From Eledone cirrhosa (taxonomy: Eukaryota): 64,000 bases of DNA. A program made the translations under genes and the position numbers. Position 1 is the first letter of the stretch. Each line of letters starts with the position of its first letter. Shown in pieces: positions 41,269 through 53,700 of the stretch. The stretch is from the NCBI GenBank assembly GCA_964016885.1, contig OZ024743.1, positions 40,796,001 through 40,860,000 on the forward strand, written 5' to 3'. The notes beneath the pieces were generated by a model. The model was not told where the DNA came from. It saw only the letters and a list, made by a program, of their open reading frames with translations, and ran no database searches.

Positions 41269-42408
41269 TTATATATTCAGATTGATGCATATTCCACCAT
41301 GTTATTTAGAATAGAACAATAAATAGATATAAAGAAAGGACGTGACATTATACAGTGATTATGACTGTTAACATAAGATAGACCTAAAAGCGCCCGGGAG
41401 ATGTGATTTGCATGAAGTGTATTCATACAAATAGTATCCAGCTCTCGGGATGAGGATAAATAAAAAATAAAAAAAACTAATTTTATTAACATAATTTCTT
41501 GATGTATGTTCAGATAATTAGAAGCAATAATATTTAGAAGATGAATGTTCCAGTTGTTTAATTAGTGAAACAGCATGGCCAAGAAATTAACATGCCAGTA
41601 AGCGTTACACAGTCACGTGTACTTTTAACGTATTTCCGAGTGTGATTCTTGGTTGCCTAGAATATGATACGGTTGAATGATAGATACACACCGTCCTTCG
41701 AGCTTCGATACAGTTTCCGTCAACACACTTCACGCTCGACACCTGGGACAACAGGAGGCCATGGTATACGGCACATTTTCGTGATGTCACACAGTGGAAT
41801 AGAACACGAGATTATGATTATCAAGTGCAATTTTTAACAATCCGTTCATACAGCTTCCCAACATAGAACATTACATACACATACAGAGGGAATGAAAGAA
41901 AGGAGAGTGAGTGAGTGGAAACGACAGAAAGTTATAAATTTAGAAAGAGAGAAGAGGAGAGTGAGGGAGATTGAGATAGTTTAATTCCTTGGTCATAGTA
42001 AGTGTTATCAATTAGTCATGCAACATAAAGGCGCCTCAGTGCAAAAATCGGTCTACGTGAAACATGGTTTGCGCCGAAGCGGCATCACCAGAACACGGGC
42101 CACCACTCTTCTGTTCGAGAAGCCGACTTAACGTGAATGGTATGAGAAAATAACCTCAATCTAGAGTCGAAATTAGGGGATCATTTTGGTTTAACACTCA
42201 TTTAACTCTCGGTGCTGATACATATTCCAGAATGTTACACTTAGTAAACACATTTGTTCAATTCAATTCCAGCTGCAATCACTGTCTGTGAAGTAATTGA
42301 AGGGAGACAATTACTATACGTATATGCGTAAAGTGATTCATACATACATGTATAAATACTCTCTCTCTTTCTCTCACACACACACATGCACACACACACA
42401 CATATACA

Positions 42409-42505
<97 letters not shown>

Positions 42506-43089
42506 ATAGAGCATTTAAGAATAGTTTATATAATTGAAGTGATATAGATATTTAAGACACTACTGTCACCTTAAATACTGTAATTATCTATTGCACTTAG
42601 CACTTGTGTGAAATTATCTTTGATGAAATAATGATGGTTATTTCCATTCTATATCTAAATTGGTCAAATAAATACGAAGTTTCCTCATAAAGACCCATGG
42701 CTATATAGATATGAGAGGATATGTGTGAAATTATCAATGATAAATAGGTATTTATGTGATAGGCAAAGTCAAAAGTTTGCCTTACCGTTATAAAAGGTTT
42801 CCACAAACGAATGATCAATCATAATTGTTCTGATAAACAATAAGAAATTTAATGTACTAAGGAAATCTGTAATATTATCCTCGAAGGAATCTAGGAGCTG
42901 TGGTATGAGTTTAGCATGATAAAGATAGTATAGGAAAGAAGAGGGAGTTTTTACGTAGCTTGATAAAGGAAGTTGATAATAGAAGTTGATAATAGAAGGT
43001 GGTAAGGCAGAACCACCACTGTCCCTACCTTTTTGTATTGACCCCTATATGTACGCCCTTGTGGACAATGCAAATTATTGTCATTATTA

Positions 43090-43870
43090 AGAATCGGTAG
43101 AGGATCGGATATCATGCCTTGCAGCATAGGAGTTATGGCCCTTTTACGGTCTGAGTTTAAATCCCGCCGAGATTAACTTTGCCTTTCATCCCTACGGGGT
43201 CGATGAAATAAAGTACCAGTCACGCACTGGAGTCGATTTAATCGACTTTCCCCTCCCCAAAAATTGTTGGGCTTGAGCCTATATAAGAAACCATGGATTG
43301 GCAGTATCGTTAGAGGGTCGGACGCCATGTTTTGGCGCATAGTGGTACGGCCCTTGCCATTTTGACTTCAAATCCTGCCGAGGTTAACTTTGCCTTTCAT
43401 CCTTACCGAGTCGATAAAATAAAGTACCAGTATTGCACTGAGTAATTGCTGGCCTTGTGCCAAAAGTAGAAAGAATTATTAATATTATTATAAATCCTGA
43501 CGAGATTAACTTTACCTTTCATCCTTAGGGGTTCTATAAAATAAAGTACCAGTAATGTACTGGTTAATTGCTGGTTTTGTGCTAAAAGTAGAAATCTAAA
43601 TTATAATAAAGGAAGGTCTGCGGGATTGCGTACGGTTTATTTTTTTTATGCCGTTTGTAAAATAAGTTGGACTACTTTGAATAAATAATTGTTTCTACTT
43701 TAGGCACAAGGCCAGCAATTACCCAGTGCATTACTGGTACTTTATTTTATCGACCCCGTAAGGATGAAAGGCAAAGTCAACCTCGGCAGGATTTGAACTT
43801 AGATCGTATAGGAACGTAACTATGCTGGAAAGCATGGCGTCCGACCCTCTACCGATACTGCCAATCCACC
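43090..43870. mobile_element. SINE cluster: 43090-43292(+), 43293-43473(+), 43492-43595(+, partial), 43688-43870(-)
   Basis: Four copies of the core. The first carries the longer 3' variant also seen at 8798-9020. Confidence 0.9.
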
Positions 43871-43900
43871 ATAAATAATGAATGAATATTACATAATTTA

Positions 43901-44778
43901 TCTACTCAATTTCGTAAACAAAAATAATTTCGTAAAAATAAATAATTTCGAATCGGCTTCTTTTCAAAGTTACACTTCCGGTATATCATCGCCAACACCA
44001 CCATTTCAACTACCATATATATAGAAAGAGAGAGAGTTTGTGATGAGAGAGATTACGATTTTCTACACCTGACGCGTATGATTGTGCACATACATACATC
44101 TATGAGTATATAACTATTATGAGTACATAACTATAATCGCGCAAACACAAACTTATAAAAGTACACTCTCACGGACATAAGTCTCACAAATACACATACG
44201 TTCACACAACTATACATACATTCACACATACTTTCACACAAACATACATACTTTCACACAAATATACATACATTCACACATATACATTTACGCAAACATA
44301 CATACATTCATACAACATACACATTTTTACAAACACACACATACAGTCATGATAGCGTTTGGTTTAATTGGAAATGGGAGGGTAAAACAAGTATAACGTT
44401 TTATTTATTTATTAACTCATTTTTTTTAAAACTTATCTAAACTATAACAAAGTAAGGAGCGCGGGACTTCTTTAAAATTGCTGAACTGTGAACATTTCCG
44501 GTTGGCCATTGCTTAAATACACACACTAATTTTCTGTCACTAATTTTCTCCTAAAGCAGTTTATATATAATATCGTCTTTTTTAATGAATCATGGATTAC
44601 GTTACTGATTAAATAAGACAGTGTAACGCAGTCTTCGTTCAATTTCTATATATAATATATTGTCAATTACGATTTTATTTGATGTATCATATCTACATGT
44701 ATATATACCTGCGTATAATATCAATATGCGCAGTACACATGCCAGCAGAAAACCGCCCGAGGGTGGTTTTTCTGCTAG
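43901..44778 (+). mobile_element. Probable non-autonomous Helitron
   Basis: Starts A|TCTACT; ends with hairpin CCGCCC-ga-GGGTGG, 8 nt, then CTAG|T. Internal CA-rich minisatellite; no TIR or TSD seen. Confidence 0.5.
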
Positions 44779-44796
44779 TAATAATTATTATTATTA

Positions 44797-47700
44797 TAAC
44801 CGTTCTAAACCATTTATTCAAGTTTTAAACTTGATAAAAGTTTAGAAGTGACCCACCTAATACAGGGGTTCACTCGTAAATAATACGGTACCCCTTTACG
44901 GGGTGTCGTATTATGTAAAAATATTATTTGAAAAAAAAAAATTCTGTCAACATGGATAACACAAGAAAGAGAGAGAGCGCTGTCAGACAACACAGAGAGA
45001 GGGAGACTTTGTCAACATATCAACAATATAGCGAAGGTAAATATAAAAGAAAATATTACTTCGGACAAGAGGATCAATATCATTTTTAATGATATTGTTA
45101 CAGATTTAAAATTACCAAATATTTCTAACACAAACAACACCAACAATAACACCAACAACACCATCAATAACAATAGCAACAACGAAAATAACAGCGGTAA
45201 GGTCGAGAACGACAATAACAATGACAATAATAACAGCCACAACAACAATAATAGTAGGAACAGTATCAACAAAAACAATAATCATAACAACAGCCACAAT
45301 AACAGTAACAACAGCAACAGTATCAACGAAAACAACAACAGCAACAACAGTACCTACGAAAACATCAACAATGACATCGATACCTGTAACAGCGATCTCA
45401 GCACCACCAGTAAGACCAGTAGCGGCAGCAACAGTGGTGCCGCTGAAAAAGGGACCAATTCTTTTGCAGGTGTCACCCGAAATATGGAAACAGTGTTAGT
45501 CACAGAGGAGGAGATGGCAGTCGCAAGGGCCATGGTGACAAGAAACGCCAATAGAGTTTCCCTGAAACCTCCATCCGATTTGTTCAAGGACCAGCAGCTA
45601 CGGACGGTGACTTACCGCATCGTAAGCAAAATGTCACATCGGGTGGAGAGAGCCACGGACGCTCAAATCCAAAAGGCCTTGGGGTGCTTCCGGGCGCGCA
45701 AACCCACATCACCTGAGGCAGAAAGTATGCCACAGTAGACGTACATTTCCCACCCCCCAAGAAGCGAAGTCTCACTCTTTGGAAACCCCAAAGAGTAACG
45801 AGATTGTTTTGGTGACCTCCTACTGCGGGTAGAAAATTGTGAGTGTCAAAGTGATCCAGGCCCCACCCGATGTGCCCATACCTTGGCCGGCCGCGTCTGT
45901 CCTTGCTGGAATCGAGGACAGGACGCCCATGCTGCAAATAGAGAATATAGGGAGAGAGAATTGGTCAGGTATAGGCATACAAATGCTTATACAAACTGAC
46001 CATGAGTGTATCGACGCTATCTCCGATAACATAGACCTCGAGGAAGGACTCCACATCCCTATAAGCGTGGAAGAAAGACTGCCAAAATGTTATCTCTGTG
46101 GGTCAAAGGGTCACCTCAGGGCCTTTTGCCCGCAGAAGACAGCGAAGAAGAAGGCCCCTCTCCTTCCAATATCTGGTCCACTGCTACCAAGAACAGGGCA
46201 GGCAACAAACGCAGAAGCCCCTTCCACGGTGAGTAGGAGGGCAACCTCCGTGGCACCCGTACCATGGCCACGGACAATTAAAGCAGCAGCATCGGTAGCG
46301 GCAACACCAGTAGCTACATTTGCAGTAGCTGCGCCAGCAACAAAATCGCCGGAGAGGGCTCCACAACCACCACCAACAGCCGTGGAGCACAAACCTCTCC
46401 CAGACACCACGGATTCGGACATGGAGTTTGAGGCGTGAGTGAAGTGGAAAACGGCCTGCCACAACAAACAAAAAAACAACCAAAAAAAACCCCTTAGCTT
46501 CACCCTCCAAAAGCGAAGGCACACAAAGAGGGGTAAAGGCTGAGAGGAGACTTGCAGCAACATCATCACCATCAACATCAACACCACAAGCAACATTGCC
46601 AACAACAACCACACCACCACCAGCATCACCAAAATCACCAAAATCACCAACAACGCAAACAACAAAACACACACAACCAACAGCAACAAGAAGAAAACAG
46701 CAACAAAATCACCCCTCACCCAAAAGGTACACAGCCATAAACATGGCAAATAAAGAACTCATACAACATATAAAGCAGCACACAGACATCACAGAAAAAA
46801 ACTACTACACCCCACCAACACCAAGAACTCTCCCGACAAACATAAGCATCATTGATATCAAAATAGAACAGTACAAACTTTTAAAACAAAAATTCCCCAA
46901 CGCAGTTGGAGACTTCAGGGGATTGGTTACCAAGAGGATATACACTGACATCCTCTTGGAAACACCCATGACCAGCCAAAGGGACGGTTCTACTGTTCCT
47001 TCACCACACGATCAAAGTAAGTGACCCATTCTCACTTGCCCTGCTTCTCATCCAACATGGCCGTACTTAGAATAGGCAGCATAAATGCACGTGGCCTGGG
47101 GTCATCTTGGAAGCAGGATCACCTGCTCAACGATCTCAGGTCATTAAACATAGATGTGGTGGCCATCAGCAAGTCCAGAATCTCCGAAGCACGGGCCTTC
47201 GCACCGATCTTCGGTGGCTACGAGGTATACACATCTCTCAGCCGTCCAGGATCGATAGGGCGGCGGGTTGCCGTCCTTTTTCGGAGAGGCTTGGATCTCG
47301 CCATACGAGCCATCTTCATGGACCTAGAAGGTAAGTCGTTGGTGCTGGACGTGACCGGCTGCGAAAGCAATGCTTTCAGGCTAGTAGCCATCTACTCCCC
47401 AACTGGGGCACGACGGCCAGCATTTTTCTGACGTCTAGAGACCTTTCTTGGAACGTCCCGCTCTTTAGTGTTAGTGGGCGACTGGAACGGTATCTTGGAT
47501 TCACGCTGGGATTGTGTGGGGCTAGAGGATAGGGAAGGAGGGTGCAATATCCTCACCAACCTGCTCAGACGTTTTGAACTATCTGACAGGTATCAACTGG
47601 ATCACCCGAATGTGCCAATATGGACATGGACAAACTGTATCGGGTCATCCAGATCGTATCTCGATAGGGTATTCTGCAGAGAACTAGATAAGGCTAGTAT

Positions 47701-50700
47701 AAGTTGTCCACAATTTAAAATAGTCGACTAAACAGACCACAGATTTGTCATCTGTGAGATGTACATAGACAGTCTTCATAGACATGGACCCGGTTACTGG
47801 AAGCTGAACGCGTCTTTTCCGGCGCGCAAAGCCTACAGAGTCTGGATTAGCCTATTTGTTAAGCGGGCGTTGACGGGAGCGGTCACCAACAACAGGTGGT
47901 GGTTCGCCATGAAAAGGGCAATTAAAGTAGAGTCGATTAGGTTTAGCAAAGGACTAGTGACAGAGGAAAACAGAGTAGAGGGAGAGCTTGTCAGAAAGAT
48001 AGAAGAGGCGTTTAGGACAGGCATCGCAACCGACGTGCTTGCGGCGAGATTGGCACTCGACCAATTCTTCAAAGCAAAACACGAAGGCAGCGTTGTCAGA
48101 GCTAGAGCGCGTGATCTGAAACACGAGGGGTCAAAAGTCGTCCAATGGTCCCGGGTGCCAGAGGAGCGACGTGACAAGAAAGCCACAATTCTGTCTTTGT
48201 CCGACAAAAAACGGGCGCATGTTGCTTGAACCCGAGCAGATGTGTAAGGATTTTCAGCAGCACTTTGCTGAACTGTTCGGGAGAAGCGGCGGGCTGGATC
48301 GGGGTATGGACTTCAGTGCATACTTCGACGGACTGCCTCGGCTATCGACGACCGCAGTACAGTGTTACGAAAAGCCAATAACAACCGGTAAAATACGGGA
48401 AGCGATGGCTAACTGCCCGAGGGGTAAATCGCCAGGTTTGGATGGTCTGCCTTACAAGCTTTATGCATCTATCCCAGACTTGTTCGGTGACGTCTTGGCA
48501 GACGTCTACTGCAACTGGCAGCAGAACGGGAGCATTCCCAGTTTTGTAAGCCGGGTAGCGGTGGCGCTGCTGAGACAAGACCCGAACAAGGGGGATGTTA
48601 TCGATAACTTCAGGCCCATAACCCTGCTAAACGCAGAGTTCAAGATTTTGGCTAAGGAGTTAGCAACGAGGTTGGCGCTTGTCGTCAATGGTCTGGTGGA
48701 AGAGGCGCAGGGCATGCGCCATTCCGGACAGATCCATACACGACACCCTCCACCTCATGCGATACATCGTAGAGATGGTGGTTAAGGAACCTGGCACGGG
48801 TGGGGCCCTGATCAACTTGGATCAATCCAAAGCATTCGATAGGGTCAAACAACAGCACCTGGCGGCGGTCCTCCAGGCAGCCGGTTTCGGGCCCATTTTC
48901 AGGGGTTGGATCGCTGCGATGTACAGCGACATCTGCTCAGTTGTGAAGGTGAACGGTAACCTGTCGCAGCTGTTCAGCACCATGCGCTCGGTCCGTCAGG
49001 GATTTCCCCTCTCGTCCCTCTTGTACGTATTGGTTCTTGGGGCGATGAGGGGCTTCCCACGCGAACTCTAGGATGCGGGAAATCCGAGTCGGCTTACGCC
49101 GTCGACGTCACCGTAGTCGTGTCGAGCACCAGGCACGTCCACATGCTCGGCACCGCTCTCAAGGAATACGACGCGGTTAGAGGAGCAAAGATAAACCAGG
49201 AAAAGTCGGTGGGCTTGCAGCTCGGCACTTGGAGAGGCAAGTCCATGCCGTCCGACAGCATCGTAGGGCGTTGGACGGACGGACCCGTTAAATTGCTCGG
49301 GTCTGGTTCGGACTAGAACTCCAGATGGAGAAAAGCTGGAGCGAGGTAATGAGCAGGGTGGCATCCCTCACCCAGAAATGGGCCGAGAGGAAGCTGTCCC
49401 CGAAAGGCTGGGTGGAGGTGGCGAATGCGTACATCGGATCCGTCATCTGCCACCGCCTCACCGTCATCCCTTGCGTCGGCCCAACTCTCACCAAAAGGGA
49501 GCGCCTCCTCTTCCGCTTTTTGTGGAAGGGACGCGCTCCCATGGTCAGACGATACATCAACTGTCAACACCCGTTACGTGGTGGACTGGGCATGCCATGG
49601 CTGATAATGTGCAAACATGGGCTGAGGCTGTGACATATCTGGTGCTCCCTTGACGGTGAACAGGTGTGGTCGCCGTTCGCCAGGCACGTTTTCCCACAGC
49701 TCGTCTCCTTGACGGAAAAGACCGAGGGATAGCGCTTGGAAACTGGAATGTCTCCAGGCGCTCACTGCCAGCTCGGAACAAATATCGGTGGAACATCCAC
49801 CTCGGCGTTCTATAGAGGACTAGTGGAGGGGAAGAGCGACGACGTTCTCGGAGAAATCCTGGGCGTCGAAGAAGATCAGCTGTTTGCTCTCTTCCGGAGA
49901 AATTTTATCCCAGGGCCTATGGATAACTTCCAAAAATCCCTGGCCTGGCAGTGCTACCGAGGAGCCTTGCCGGTTCGAGATAAGCTCTACAGGCAAAGAG
50001 GTGTTGTCAGCCGAGCCTGTCCGAGATGCGCGCAGGGCGACGAAACCGTCGTACACGCACTCGTTCAGTGCCCGAGCATTGCTGACTTGTGGAGCTATGT
50101 CGAACAGTTGCTGTCGCGTGCAGGACTGATCCGGTTATCGACTGAGTTCATTATGCAGATGGTCTCGCCGTCTTCCTTCGAGGAGGAAGGGCAGGGGATT
50201 TTCATCTGCTGCCTGGTGGCCATGGCGAAAGAGATTGTGTACTGGACAAGGTTGAAAAGGTTAAAGACAGACACTTTCCTCTTCGGCAAATCCCTAATTA
50301 ACTCTTTCAAGTTTCACTTGAAGAGGAAAATCAGGGTGGAGATGCAAGTGGGGCCTTCTAGCAAGTTTGTTGAAAGGTGGGTGAATGTAGCGAGAATGGT
50401 CCGAGTGAACGGGACCGCTCTGAATATAAGCTTGCAGTTAGAGAAATGGAAACATTGAGAGAGGGCGCTTGCCATGGTGGTCAGAGTGGCCGTGATTTTT
50501 TGTGTGGTTTTCGCCACGAGTAACCATCGGAGGTTTCCTCCCTATTAGGTAATTTTTCATTGTTTCAATTTTCATTTTTATTGTTTATATATATATATGT
50601 TTCTATGTCTTTTTTTCTTTTCTTATATAAATAATAAAAATCTTTACACCCACAAAACCCACATCGTACCGTACTATACCGTCTGTAATGTTTTTATTGA

Positions 50701-50735
50701 TGTTAGCACTTGTGGCTAATAAAGAAATCATTATT
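44797..50735 (+). mobile_element. Full-length-sized degenerate Tx1/L1-like LINE (copy A)
   Basis: ORF1 remnants with an Asn/Thr-rich N-terminus and gag knuckle CYLCGSKGHLRAFC. ORF2 remnants: APE (SINARGL, LVGDWNG, SYLDRV), RT (FRPITLLN, LDQSKAFDRV, SVRQG) and C-terminal CPRC motif. Ends TAATAAAGAAATCA(TTA)n. Confidence 0.92.
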
Positions 50736-50747
50736 ATTATTATTATT

Positions 50748-53700
50748 GACGACCTACGTAGTAAATCGTATTATCGTGAGCTCCGCAAAGGTCTGTTATT
50801 TTCAGTTGTTTAAAATTGCCATTTATGGAAAATGTTTATTGTTAACTGTATATAAGTGCACATACATTGTTTTCTGAAAAGGACACTCAAAAAGATTTGG
50901 GTCTTGAGCCCAAAATTTAAGCTTTTATAATTATCTAAAAAAAAAAAAAAAATGTCTTTGAAAAATCATGGCCGACTCACAGCTAAACCCAGTAGCTGAG
51001 AGCCTTCCTCACAAAATAACACCTCACACCGACACCACGATTGTAAATATTACTACGCTTGCCAACACTATAAATATAAGCAGTAGCAATATTTTAAATT
51101 TGTCCCAGGCAGACATTTATTTCCAGCCATTACCAATGACTGCAGGTGTTGAAGCCGCCACCCCCACCACCACTACAGGGACAACAGAAACAAAAGAATA
51201 AAAAAATTATCACGTGATATCGAAACGAATTCAGCCAAAATGAACTCTTCCACACCGAACACCACTGACGCCACCACCACCACAACAAAAACTAAAATTA
51301 ACAATAACAAAACTAACGATAACAACAACAGCAACAATGAGAATAAGAAAACCCTGTATTTTTCCAGAGTAGCAAAAAAGTGCGAAGCATTCCAGGTAAC
51401 TCAGGAGGAATTAGAAGACGCCCAAAAAATGGTAAAGAAAGATGGGTACAGGTACAGCCCCCCCCCCCCACCCCACACACACATCTAATAAAATGGAACA
51501 TCGGCGCATATGCACCGTGTCTTATCGGACGATCAACTTAAAATCGCGCCGAGTGGAACGGGCATCCGAGTCCCAAATCCAAAAAGCGTTGGGACATGTG
51601 TGGGCAAGAAAACCCCACATCAGACGTGGCCATAAATATCGAACTGTGGACGCGTTCTTTGAAACACCACAGGAGGCCAGAGAACACTCCATGGCCCCAT
51701 TAAGAAGTGACGACTTCACACTCGTCCCAAGCTATTGTGGCCAGAGACACGTGAAGATCAGGGTGACCCACGTTCCACCGGCCATCGAAAATCCCAGGCT
51801 AATGGTTGCCGTCCTAGCCGGCATCGAAGCCAACACCAAGATAATCGAAATAGCGAAAGAAAAGCAGGAGAACTGGTCCGGATCTGGGATGGAGCTCCTG
51901 ATCCAAGCGGACCAAAAAAGCATTGAGGAGATCCAAGAAGTAATAGACCTCACTGACGGCAGCCACCTCACCGTAATCGTCGACAGCAGAAGGCCTGGAT
52001 GTATCGTTTGTGGTGAAGGAACCCACCTAAGGGCTTTCTGCCCTCAGGCGAAAAGGTTGCGGCCACCTCTCTTACCCACCCTAGTGACTCAACCATCAAC
52101 ACGACCAGCAGCAGAAATGGCAGCAAAAACTGTAGCAGCAACAACAGCAGCAACAGTAACAGCAACAACCCCAGCAACAGTAGAAAAACCAACACAACCA
52201 CCACCAAACGCGCCAGAACTAGCACCAGCGCCTACACCATCCACCACGCCACAACCAAAAACCACCGCCTGTGGAGGATTTTCCATTCCCCGACCTATCG
52301 CATCTGGAGACAGATTGTGACGACGAGGAGTGGGAAACGGTATCAGAAAAAAGAAAAAAAGAAAAAGAAACCAAAAAAGAAAAAAATCCCCTTCCTTCCC
52401 CCTCCAAAAACAAAATACAGCGGGAAACAAATAAACTATCAAACAAAAAAGTTAGGACAGCTATGCCACCATCCACACCAGCATCACCAACCCCATCACC
52501 ACAAACACCAACACCATCAACATCATTAACCCCAACACCACCATCACCAACACCACAAAAGTCACCAAAAAGCGAAACAGGAAACAAACCCACAACAAAC
52601 GCAAACAAAACAAAACAACCAAAACGATACACACTACACAGGATTAAATTTGAACAACAACCAATTATTACACTACATCCAACACAACACCAGCATCACA
52701 GAAAAAGACTACACAACAACCCAACATTTCACACCACCACCACACATACAAATCACTGGCATCACACAGAAAACTTACATGACACTAAAACAAAAATTCC
52801 CCAAAGACATCGGAGACTTCCGACAAACACTCACCAGGAGGATTTATAAGGAGATCCTTCCGGAGGAGGCCACAACCAGTGAAAAGGAGGGGCAAACCAT
52901 CCTTCCTCTACGAGAAGTAAGGTAAGTGGTCTTTCCCATCTTTTCCACTCCATTTCAACATGACCTCAATCTCAGAATAGGCAGCATAAATGCGCGTGGC
53001 TTTGTGTCGTCATGAAAGCAGGGCCACTTGCTCAACGACCTCATGTCACTAAACAGAGATGTAGTGGCCATCGATGTGTACGCATCTCCCAGCCGTCCAG
53101 GATCGGGGGGGGGGGGAGGAATTACTGTGCTTTTTCGGAGAGGTTTGGATCTCGCCAAAACGGCCCATCTTCCTGGACCCAGAAGGTAAGTTGGTGCTGC
53201 TAGACGGGACTAGCGGAGACGGGCAAGTTTTCAGGCTAGTGGCTTTCTATGCCCCGACAGACGCAGGGCGGCCTGATTTTCTTTCGGCGTCTGGAGACTT
53301 TTCTTGGAACGTCCCGCTCTTTAGTGTTAGTGGGCGACTGGAACGGGATCATAGATGCACGCTGGGACTGTGTGGGATTAGCGGATAGGGGTGGAGGGTG
53401 CAAGAGCCTCACCAACCTGCTCAGGCGTTTTGAACTGTCTGACAGGTACCGATTGGATTTCCCGAATGTGCCAAGGTGGACTTGGACAAACCGCATAGGG
53501 TCATCCAGATCATATCTAGATAGAGTATTTTGTAGGGAAATAGATAGGTCTAGCATAGGCTGTCCACAATTCAAGATAGTCAGCTACACGGACCACAAAT
53601 TCGTGATCTGTGTGCTTGACTTAGATAGGCTTCATAGACGAGGACCCGGCTACTGGAAGCTAAACGCGTCCTTACCAGCGCGCAAGGCCTACAGAGACCG

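Noticed and set aside
44745-44778. Rho-independent terminator
   Set aside because: Eukaryotic context with no upstream gene; better explained as a Helitron 3' hairpin.
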